From a virus, in IMG/VR virus record IMGVR_UViG_3300031857_000028, positions 81,754-145,753 of that record: a DNA stretch of 64,000 nt; one strand, 5' to 3'. The translations under genes and the position numbers were made by a program. Positions 8,095 to 16,104 of the stretch are shown here, piece after piece (positions within the stretch are counted from its first letter, which is position 1; each line of letters begins with the position of its first letter). The notes below the pieces were generated by a model, which was given only the letters and a program-made list of their open reading frames with translations, ran no database searches and was not told where the DNA came from.

Positions 8095-9972
8095 TTAACC
8101 TTCTGTTTTTTCATCAGTTAGCGAACTTTCACTTATAATTTGTCTGTATTTGCTAGCTCCTTTTCGTTGCAAACTATTCAAGAACGTTTTTGTTTCTGTA
8201 GACAGTGTTCTTTTTACTGCTTTCTTATTTTCCTTGTGCCCAAACGGATCACGACCAAGTGGGTGTCTGTCAGTACCAAACTTCAATCCTTCATAAGGCC
8301 GTCCGCCTTTATTTTTGGCCAAAGCTTCTTCAAGTTCAGGATTTTCTTCATCTTCATTGATGTCTTCTAAACTAGCAAGAATCTGGTCTACATCATCAAT
8401 TTGTTGTTCTTCAGGAACTTCCTCCCCTTCAGGTGGCTGTTCTGCCGGAACCCCACCCTCAGGCGGCGCTGCTCCGTCCATCGGAGGTTGCTGTTGTTGC
8501 ATCGGGTCCGGTGGTTGTAGTGCAGTTTGTTGCTCCTGCTGACGTTTTAAGTCTTCCATAATCTTTTCACGCTCTTTTGCAATTTCTTCGTCAGACATTT
8601 CTAAAATATTATTATATACCCAATCTTGAGAAAATAATACGGTTTGTCCGCCGGTCATTTGCTGAGCAAGTGCAAACTTTTCTTTCCAGATATTAATTTT
8701 TTCTTGTTCGTATAACGTGGAAGGATTTGTTAGTGAAAGTTCAAAGTTGATAAGATTTTCATCCGTAAACCCCTGTACATACAAATGAATAATTGCAATC
8801 TTCGTTAATTCCGAAATCATAATACGTTGAATGCGTTCAATCGTGCGTGCAAATCGAACGTCTTGTGCAGCCAACGTTGCCTTTCCATTTACATCTTCAT
8901 CATATCCTATGAAAGATTTCGGTACTTTAAATGCCGCAAGAAGTTTCTTACGAAGATATTCAATGTCTTCAATAGCATTAAATTGTAATCCTTGCATGGT
9001 TTCAATATCCGTACCACTATCCTTCCCACGCACTGGGAGATAAAAGTCTTCTGTAATATTCTGCATATTATACCGAAGATTATAATCACCCGTTTTTTGA
9101 TCAACCAATGGAACTTTTTTCATTCGGTCGATAATTCGTTGCATGTACGTTTCTACTTCGGCGGGTGGAATATTTCCAATGTCAATTCTAAACTTACGTT
9201 TATCTGGTGCTCGCATAATACGATGAATTAACATTGCATCTTCCATTAACTGCAATTGTTTCCAAACACGGCGGCCGTTTTCAATCATTGCTTTGCCATA
9301 CGGTAAGAAGTTGGTATCGGCCAGCAATCGAAAATGTGCAATTTCGTAATTATCGAACTCTGTTTTACCTAATGCCAAAAAGTCGTTCTGAATACTAAAT
9401 CGTACAGAAAATGGGTTTCCAGGTTCTTCACCTTCCACACGGATGGTTTCATATACGGAAAGCGGTATGGCATTGACAATGCCATACTCATCGTGAATAT
9501 CTAAATATAAAAAGAAATCTCCGTATTTTGCCATGTTACGAATCCACGGCCAGAGATTAAATTCCACATTTAAAATATCATAAAACAAATTATGTAAAAT
9601 TTCTTGAATACGAGTATCGTCGGTTTTAATAGTTAAAATACGATTAAATTCGTCCTTAACCGTAGATTCATCTGCATAAATATCTAATATAGAAGAAACA
9701 ATAGGGTCATTGTCCATCATATCATAATCACGGAATAGTTGCAGTCTTGCACCTTGAAATGCTGCAGCAGCCTCGTAACGGCCGTGGTGTGACCCGTATC
9801 CACCCGTCCCTGACTGATAAACCCGGTGGTATCGGTCAACCCCTCGACGGTTTACGAATGACTGAATTTGGTCCGTGTCTGCAATTCTTAGTTTTTTGCC
9901 ACCGACATTTCGTACAATTGTGTTAGTAGAAAAAAGTTTTTTTAATCTACTAAAAATACTCGTATCTGCCAT
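8095..9972 (-). CDS. Portal protein (T4 gp20-like)
   Basis: QLQLMEDAMLIHRIMRAPDKRKFRIDIGNIP, EDFYLPVRG, IEDIEYLRKKL, DVRFARTIERIQ; GAGG SD. Confidence 0.97.
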   Translation of the reverse strand: MADTSIFSRLKKLFSTNTIVRNVGGKKLRIADTDQIQSFVNRRGVDRYHRVYQSGTGGYGSHHGRYEAAAAFQGARLQLFRDYDMMDNDPIVSSILDIYADESTVKDEFNRILTIKTDDTRIQEILHNLFYDILNVEFNLWPWIRNMAKYGDFFLYLDIHDEYGIVNAIPLSVYETIRVEGEEPGNPFSVRFSIQNDFLALGKTEFDNYEIAHFRLLADTNFLPYGKAMIENGRRVWKQLQLMEDAMLIHRIMRAPDKRKFRIDIGNIPPAEVETYMQRIIDRMKKVPLVDQKTGDYNLRYNMQNITEDFYLPVRGKDSGTDIETMQGLQFNAIEDIEYLRKKLLAAFKVPKSFIGYDEDVNGKATLAAQDVRFARTIERIQRIMISELTKIAIIHLYVQGFTDENLINFELSLTNPSTLYEQEKINIWKEKFALAQQMTGGQTVLFSQDWVYNNILEMSDEEIAKEREKIMEDLKRQQEQQTALQPPDPMQQQQPPMDGAAPPEGGVPAEQPPEGEEVPEEQQIDDVDQILASLEDINEDEENPELEEALAKNKGGRPYEGLKFGTDRHPLGRDPFGHKENKKAVKRTLSTETKTFLNSLQRKGASKYRQIISESSLTDEKTEG

Positions 9973-9982
9973 ATAACCTCAC

Positions 9983-10318
9983 TTAGTATGTTAATACTTC
10001 ATCTAATGCTTTAACTACTGTAGTGCAATCTATTTTTTTATTTTCACATACGCTGACCACTTCTTCTTTTAGTTCATTTACTTTTGTCTTGAATGCAGTG
10101 ACCAAAAGTTTCCATTCAACTAAAGCAGTTTCCGTTCTAATGTACGGAATTGTGTTTAATTGAGAAGCCATCATGTGCATCTCTGTGCACAATTCCATCA
10201 ACTTTTTACTTTGTTCACCGGTTAATTCTGGATAGAGTTTTTCCATAATGGTTTGAATTTTCATCAAATTGATGCGGTTTTCTGCATTCTCTACCAATAA
10301 ATCTGTTAAACGAATCAT
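9983..10318 (-). CDS. Putative capsid-internal protein
   Basis: MIRLTDLLVE N-terminal tag; ATGA coupling to the upstream gene. Confidence 0.6.
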   Translation of the reverse strand: MIRLTDLLVENAENRINLMKIQTIMEKLYPELTGEQSKKLMELCTEMHMMASQLNTIPYIRTETALVEWKLLVTAFKTKVNELKEEVVSVCENKKIDCTTVVKALDEVLTY

Positions 10319-10728
10319 TGATCTTTCTCCTTATTGAGATGCTTCCGCATCTTTTTGACATCTTTGGGTTTTGGTGCTCCATTAATATAACCGCCGGGAA
10401 GACTTAATCCAATTCCTCCCGTGGGGGCCCCATCTTCTTTGGTGACTTTTTTAGATTCCACATACTGCTTTAATTTTGTATAATAATCTGGAACTTCCCG
10501 AAGATGTGCAGCAGCAATCATTGCAGTTTTTACTAAACTTCCGTCCGTGACATCTTGGTGTTCTAATTCCGTATTCATGCCCAAAACAAATTGGTTGAAG
10601 TCAAAATCATATCCCATATAATCATAGATACGTTTTGCTTCTTCCTTACTAATATAAGTATCTCCGCTGACATACGGAGTGTCTTTTTTCGTGTCGGTTT
10701 CGGTCAATAAATCACGGAGACGTATCAC
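10315..10728 (-). CDS. Putative capsid-internal protein (DUF5661-like GM..ELEH...HL.E.PDYYTKL)
   Basis: A GTG start at 10728 overlapping the upstream TGA gives MIRLRDLLTE. Confidence 0.6.
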   Translation of the reverse strand: MIRLRDLLTETDTKKDTPYVSGDTYISKEEAKRIYDYMGYDFDFNQFVLGMNTELEHQDVTDGSLVKTAMIAAAHLREVPDYYTKLKQYVESKKVTKEDGAPTGGIGLSLPGGYINGAPKPKDVKKMRKHLNKEKDQ

Positions 10729-11141
10729 CACTTACGGCAACTCCAATACCGTGCTTTAGTTCTTGGGCCAGGATTTGCACAGTTGTGACGTGCTCTAAAT
10801 GACTTACGGCGACCAGGAATATTCTTCTTGATACGCATCTTTTTGTCACCGAAGTTTACTTTCTTGATATTACCAGTTTTTGGGTCTTTAACATATACTT
10901 TGAATTTTCCAACATCGCCGCGCATTGGTTTTCCAAGGGGAACTTTGCGACCTTGATATTCTGCTTCTTCCAACATATCCTTACGTTCTAAGATATATTT
11001 AGCTAAACATGCTGGACAAAACTCACCATCATAAATGTCATTTTCGTTGATAGGAACGCAGTTGGGAACCATCTTACCACCTTTATCCTTCATACCAACT
11101 TGTCTATATCCTTCCCAACAAGCTTCAGTAATATTATCCAT
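10725..11141 (-). CDS. Small basic modular phage protein (DUF6321-like C-terminus)
   Basis: Likely start MDNITE at 11141; modules CWEGY..VGMK.KGGK.VPNCVP and RRKSFRARHNC.NPGP.TKARYWSCRKW. Confidence 0.65.
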   Translation of the reverse strand: MDNITEACWEGYRQVGMKDKGGKMVPNCVPINENDIYDGEFCPACLAKYILERKDMLEEAEYQGRKVPLGKPMRGDVGKFKVYVKDPKTGNIKKVNFGDKKMRIKKNIPGRRKSFRARHNCANPGPRTKARYWSCRKW

Positions 11142-11142
11142 A

Positions 11143-11469
11143 TTAATTATCCTTTTTGAACGTTGACACCATCGTAGGTTTACCACCAGGATTTCCTGCT
11201 TTACGTTTCCGAGTAACTGCTGACCGTTTTTCACCTTTACTCATTGCTGCTGCAGAACGGGCAGGACGACATTTTGGATATTTAGCAGAGCCACCTTTTC
11301 GTTCTTTTTTTCCAGCAGATGCCCCACATGGTGGATGCTTTCCACTTTTATCTTTTCGTGAAATATCCACCCATTTTTGACGAAGCCATTTTCCCAAATT
11401 ACCTTTGGTCTTATACTTTTCGTCTAGTTCATCAACGACTTCTTCCAAAATATCCGAAAGACTTATCAT
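11143..11469 (-). CDS. Small basic phage protein
   Basis: MISLSDILEE tag followed by the very basic KW..QKWVDI...PCG......YPKCRP module. Confidence 0.65.
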   Translation of the reverse strand: MISLSDILEEVVDELDEKYKTKGNLGKWLRQKWVDISRKDKSGKHPPCGASAGKKERKGGSAKYPKCRPARSAAAMSKGEKRSAVTRKRKAGNPGGKPTMVSTFKKDN

Positions 11470-11801
11470 TTTTTACCCTTCTTCCATCCACCGCCCATAC
11501 TCTTATATTTCTTTGCAGCCCACAAATTTGCATAAGCAGAAGGATACACATCAAATTTTGCACGTGCGGCTGCTTTTGCTTTTGCCCACTTGTCGGGACT
11601 CGTGGGTGTATTTTTTTCAAGTAAAGCAGAAAATTCTTCTAACTTTTTCTTTTTATGTGGGTCATTATTATACGTTGAATATGTGTCAAAGTCAGGTTGC
11701 GGCGCAGAAAACGTATCCCCCGTGTATTCGTTGGTAGTTTCTTCACACCCGCATCCTTCATCACATCGACAAATATTTTCGTAAAAATCAATGTATTTCA
11801 T
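11466..11801 (-). CDS. Small basic phage protein (DUF5872-like)
   Basis: After LLE comes the AKFDVYPSAYANLWAAKKYKSMGGGW module; TATTTATA at 11823-11830 upstream. Confidence 0.65.
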   Translation of the reverse strand: MKYIDFYENICRCDEGCGCEETTNEYTGDTFSAPQPDFDTYSTYNNDPHKKKKLEEFSALLEKNTPTSPDKWAKAKAAARAKFDVYPSAYANLWAAKKYKSMGGGWKKGKK

Positions 11802-11802
11802 A

Positions 11803-12165
11803 TTACTTTAAAAATTTTAATTTATAAATAGTTGAACTAATTAAACCAGAAATTTCATCCACGGTGTTGTTGAGTTCTCCGTCTTGAGGTAATTGTGTGC
11901 GAATTTCATCAACAAACTTCTGCAATCCTGCAAAATATTTTAACACCGAATCATCTTCAAAAATCTGATTCGACATAACATATCCGCGAATAATTCCATA
12001 TCGACCTTGGGCCATTTCTGCGTAGGAATCAATTAAATCAACAATCTCATCATAATATTCATTCAATGCTTTATGTGCGGCAAATGACGGTGTTTGTAAA
12101 TGAAACACATGTGCTTGCGTTCTACTGGACATCAATGTTCCTAAAAACTTTGCAATCGGTTCCAT
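11803..12165 (-). CDS. Ferritin/Dps-like four-helix protein (DUF5856-like)
   Basis: H.FHLQT.SFA.HKAL..YYD.I.DL.D...E..QG.YG ... DEI......T.YKL. Confidence 0.75.
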   Translation of the reverse strand: MEPIAKFLGTLMSSRTQAHVFHLQTPSFAAHKALNEYYDEIVDLIDSYAEMAQGRYGIIRGYVMSNQIFEDDSVLKYFAGLQKFVDEIRTQLPQDGELNNTVDEISGLISSTIYKLKFLK

Positions 12166-12166
12166 G

Positions 12167-12835
12167 TTACTTGTCCTTTTTATGTGATTTATATCCCTTG
12201 GACTTCATGTAATAAGCAAGCGCCCACGGATTGTCAATTTTCTTATATTTCTTCATTGCTTTGACGGTACCTTCCCATCCTTCAGGAGCAACTTCATCCA
12301 TACAATCTGCACCTTCACAAATACTTTCATGAGCTAGGTGTGGATCTTTGTGTGGATCTTTGTGGTCTTTGGATGGGTTTAAATGCGTACCTTCTGGCAT
12401 CATACCATCGGTGGCATCTGCAGGTGTTCCTTCCCCATCACCCAATGAACCTGGTTTATTCTTCTCATAATTCATGTTGTTATATACTGCATTCATGTAT
12501 TCCGCTGCCTTGGTGATTTTTGACTGAACCCATCCCTCTAGTTCTTCATCGTCACCCAACATGTTATAAATTTCTTTTGAATGCTTATTAATTGCCATCA
12601 AATCTGCTTTTGCCATCTGACCTTCGTGGTCATCAACAACGTCTGGATTGTCTGGATTTTCTTCGTTCAAATTTTCTTTCTTAGTCCGTAGTTTTGCTAA
12701 ATCTTCGCCTTCAATTTTCCCATCTTTATCAACGTCTAATTTTTTTTGATTGCCGGTAAGGTCTTCTTCGATAGTACGTGAACCAACCGGGGCTCCGATT
12801 CCACGTAGGTCTACTAATCCCATCATTCTAATCAT
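12167..12835 (-). CDS. Modular putative capsid-internal protein
   Basis: Modules separated by IEE/LNE/MDE: LDVDKDGKI, DHEGQMAK...WVQSKITKA, VAPEGWEGTVKAMKK..IDNPWALA; short KDPH repeats; GGGAG SD. Confidence 0.6.
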   Translation of the reverse strand: MIRMMGLVDLRGIGAPVGSRTIEEDLTGNQKKLDVDKDGKIEGEDLAKLRTKKENLNEENPDNPDVVDDHEGQMAKADLMAINKHSKEIYNMLGDDEELEGWVQSKITKAAEYMNAVYNNMNYEKNKPGSLGDGEGTPADATDGMMPEGTHLNPSKDHKDPHKDPHLAHESICEGADCMDEVAPEGWEGTVKAMKKYKKIDNPWALAYYMKSKGYKSHKKDK

Positions 12836-12883
12836 TGTTGTACTCCCGTTGGTTTAAGCTTTTTAACTATTCTATGTAATATT

Positions 12884-13210
12884 TTATTCATCATCAGATG
12901 AACCGTCTTTCTTTTTAAATCCGCCGCCGAGTGCTATACTAGACGCTGAGGCCCACAGGTAATCTTCCCATTCGTCACCGTAGTTTTTCTTAAATCGTGC
13001 CACCGTTTTAGAATTACCTTTCATCTTTTTACCAATCTCGTCTCTCTTTGCAATCTGTGCAGGTGACATCCGACGACGATTTTTACGCGTTTCTTTAGTG
13101 TACGGAGGAACAGTTTTTTCATCCAACGATTCATCGCGCATGAATCGAATTTCATTTATTATTTTATAAATTTCTTCTTTAATAATTTCTTCCAGTTCAC
13201 TACGTTTCAT
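12884..13210 (-). CDS. Small basic head-cluster protein
   Basis: MKRSELEEIIKEEI N-terminus, then LDE and a basic domain; GGAG SD; TATTTATA at 13247-13254. Confidence 0.6.
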   Translation of the reverse strand: MKRSELEEIIKEEIYKIINEIRFMRDESLDEKTVPPYTKETRKNRRRMSPAQIAKRDEIGKKMKGNSKTVARFKKNYGDEWEDYLWASASSIALGGGFKKKDGSSDDE

Positions 13211-13279
13211 AAAAAGTCTCCGCGGAGAATATAAAGTACATCACTATATAAATATAACTAAATTTATATTAAAACGTTT

Positions 13280-14860
13280 CTATCCTATAAGCCAACGAAT
13301 ATCTTCGCTCTGATTGTTACCAATTTTCATTTCATATGGATTATGATCAAGACCACCTTGCTTGATTGCAAGAGGAATACTATTGTATGACGTTTTATCT
13401 AATGCCATTTTTGTTAATTCGATTCCTTCCTGTCGTAGACGAAGTGCTGTATCACGGACCCATAATCCAATACACAGTGCCAATACCAAGTCGTCATTAT
13501 ATCCTTGCAATGCCTCTGGACGACCGTTCTTCCAAATAAACGTTTCTAATTCTGCCATCATACGACCAGACCGAATCGTAAACGAATTATCTAACATATA
13601 CTCTTTGAGTCGTGCAATGATGAGTGGACGAGTGCGTTGGGAAATCATAAAGCCTGGAACCATGTTTCGTTCATCCCGATAATGTCTATTTGTTATTTGA
13701 TGTTCGACATCAACGTATTGTAAATCTCTTGACATATAAAAGAGATTTCGATATCCACGGTCAATAATTTGTTGAATGCAATTCCATCCGATAGAACTGT
13801 TATCGGGAATTAATAGTGCATCGTTGTATTCGGTGGCAATAGACACTAACATATTACCAAATTGTTTTGTCTCCACCTTACCTTTATATTCTGCAACTTG
13901 CATAGATTTTTCTACATCAATGACATGGAAGGTAGAATAATCTTCACCATCGCCTCGGGCAACGTCAGCACAAACAACATAAGATTTACCTGCTACAGGG
14001 TATTCCCATACCCACAAATTTCCATCAAATCCTTGCTTAGAAATAGGTTCTTGTACATACGTCTTTTTATAAAATTCAATAATATCTGGTGGGACCACGG
14101 TATTACCAGAAAAGATAAATGAGGCATCGTGTTCCTGTGATGCTTGCATTTCACCCATGAGTTCTGTCTGACGGTCACGCCAAGCTTGATCACGTTCTGG
14201 GTGTACTCGCCAGTCTAAGAGAATGGGATTGAATCCGTTTTCCTTATTCTCCGCTTGTTGCCACATTTTGTGGAAGAAATTACCAATACCATTTGGCGTA
14301 GAGAGAAGAATTGCTTGACCGCCTGTAGATAACGTACTTGATGCGGCTGTCCAAATAATGTCTGCATCATCAATGAATGCTGCTTCGTCAAGAATTAACA
14401 ATGACAATGCTTCAGAACGTCCTGCATCCTTACTACTTGCCACGGCTTTAATCTGTGACCCGTTTGAAAATTGTAACGAGAGTTTATTATCTGTTATACA
14501 TTGTCCACGCAACCATACGGGAAGATTTTGATGCATGAATCTTACTTTTGTGACCAAGTTCTTTGCTGTTTCTTGTTTAGTTGCAATAACAAGAATATTC
14601 TTATCTCGGTGAAACAACAATAACCACAGAGAATATCCTGCCACTAACGTAGAAATACCAATCTGACGCCCCTTCAGTACAATATTATAATCATGTTGTT
14701 GAAAATCTTTTAAAGAATTTTTTTGATAATGATATAAATCAAACAACACCCGACCTCGTACCGGGTGTTGTATGAACGAATATTTTGATAGAAAATATTC
14801 TGGACTTATTGCACATTTTTTATATTCCTGCTTAATTAACTCCTTTAACTCCTGTCCCAT
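13280..14860 (-). CDS. terL: Terminase large subunit (T4 gp17-like)
   Basis: LYHYQ, Walker A KGRQIGIST, Walker B LILDEAAFI, STPNG, nuclease DVARGDGEDYS and NDDLV. Start moved to the ATG at 14860 (AGGAG SD at 14866-14870). Confidence 0.96.
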   Translation of the reverse strand: MGQELKELIKQEYKKCAISPEYFLSKYSFIQHPVRGRVLFDLYHYQKNSLKDFQQHDYNIVLKGRQIGISTLVAGYSLWLLLFHRDKNILVIATKQETAKNLVTKVRFMHQNLPVWLRGQCITDNKLSLQFSNGSQIKAVASSKDAGRSEALSLLILDEAAFIDDADIIWTAASSTLSTGGQAILLSTPNGIGNFFHKMWQQAENKENGFNPILLDWRVHPERDQAWRDRQTELMGEMQASQEHDASFIFSGNTVVPPDIIEFYKKTYVQEPISKQGFDGNLWVWEYPVAGKSYVVCADVARGDGEDYSTFHVIDVEKSMQVAEYKGKVETKQFGNMLVSIATEYNDALLIPDNSSIGWNCIQQIIDRGYRNLFYMSRDLQYVDVEHQITNRHYRDERNMVPGFMISQRTRPLIIARLKEYMLDNSFTIRSGRMMAELETFIWKNGRPEALQGYNDDLVLALCIGLWVRDTALRLRQEGIELTKMALDKTSYNSIPLAIKQGGLDHNPYEMKIGNNQSEDIRWLIG

Positions 14861-14861
14861 C

Positions 14862-15524
14862 TTATCTCCTTGCCAATTTATCCCCAACAATCACACCTGC
14901 GGTGAATGCAACAATTCCAGCAGTTTTCTTACTAATCCATTGGCGGGGTGGTTTTGGCATATTAATTAAGTTATTAACTACGTTTTGTAAACTATCACCG
15001 CGTTGAGTTGTTAATGCTATTGCACTATCCAATTTTGTAATTTTAAATTGTTGTGCTGTAATTATTTCACGCTGAGTCGTAATAGTACATTCCGCAGTTT
15101 CTAATTGGTCTTTTAAGTTGTAAATAATACCTTCTTGTATTTGAACGACCTGTGCGGTATCCATTGCACTTTCTAGACTATCTTCCAGTACGCTAAGTTC
15201 TCCCCGTAGTCGTTCACGACTTTGGTTTCCAAGTTCTACTTTTAACGACAATTTTGTGATAGTAGCATCTTTTTGCTTCGATTCATTTGACAATCTTACC
15301 ACTTCGGTTTTTGCAGAATCGGCAAATTGTTTTGTTTTTTCGGCCTGTTCTTGTAACATCGAAAATTCTGCTCTAAATTTATTTAATTTAGAATCACTCT
15401 CACATTGTCCCATACTAAATGCAAAGATTGTTAGCACCACAGCCACCACTATTTGAGATAGTTGTGACAACTTGACAAATTCTTTCAATAGTTTACGAGT
15501 TGCTTCAATTATTTTTTCCGTCAT
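14862..15524 (-). CDS. Membrane-anchored coiled-coil protein (spanin-like candidate)
   Basis: N-terminal hydrophobic segment ending FSMGQC, long coiled coil, Pro-rich hinge, C-terminal hydrophobic segment. Confidence 0.45.
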   Translation of the reverse strand: MTEKIIEATRKLLKEFVKLSQLSQIVVAVVLTIFAFSMGQCESDSKLNKFRAEFSMLQEQAEKTKQFADSAKTEVVRLSNESKQKDATITKLSLKVELGNQSRERLRGELSVLEDSLESAMDTAQVVQIQEGIIYNLKDQLETAECTITTQREIITAQQFKITKLDSAIALTTQRGDSLQNVVNNLINMPKPPRQWISKKTAGIVAFTAGVIVGDKLARR

Positions 15525-16095
15525 TCATTTGCGCCTCACATTCTAAAAGATGAGCAGTTAATTCTTGAATATCCTTTTTAAGATCTTCTTTTATCTTATC
15601 AATGTCCACATTCCATTGCTCTATCATTAGGATTCGTTCTTCATCGGCATGAACAAATGACGGAGAAGTTACCGTATCATGATAATGCTGTAATTCTTTA
15701 ATATGGTCACGTAATGATGCTACATAATTTTTTTGTAATTTACTCTTTTCATATTCATCCCACTTTCCTTGCAGACGAATTTCTGTTTCTTCTTTAATGA
15801 CGCAATCCATACATTTACCTTGCATCATCCAAAATTTGGTATCAAGGCGATGTCCCATAGCTTTATCACATTGAGGACAGAACCATGGCGTTTTTGCCAA
15901 ATCTAGTTTGGTAACATTTTGTTTTACACCATTTTTAACCGTCCACTTTTTCCCATCCAAATCTTCCCATACATCGCCTTCATTACGAGTTTCACTTAAT
16001 CCTGGACGCCACCCGACTACAATACGTTCGTCGGTCTTTTTCATTACTTCATTAATTTTTCGTCGCACATTATTAATTGCTTCATGGTCTGCCAT
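15505..16095 (-). CDS. Hypothetical C4 zinc-binding protein
   Basis: FCPQC...KCMDC; GAGG SD. Confidence 0.6.
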   Translation of the reverse strand: MADHEAINNVRRKINEVMKKTDERIVVGWRPGLSETRNEGDVWEDLDGKKWTVKNGVKQNVTKLDLAKTPWFCPQCDKAMGHRLDTKFWMMQGKCMDCVIKEETEIRLQGKWDEYEKSKLQKNYVASLRDHIKELQHYHDTVTSPSFVHADEERILMIEQWNVDIDKIKEDLKKDIQELTAHLLECEAQMNDGKNN

Positions 16096-16104
16096 AATAA
16101 CCTC

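Noticed and set aside
13280-14890. Intein or intron in the terminase, portal or MCP
   Set aside because: Lengths are typical and motifs are contiguous; no intein signatures seen
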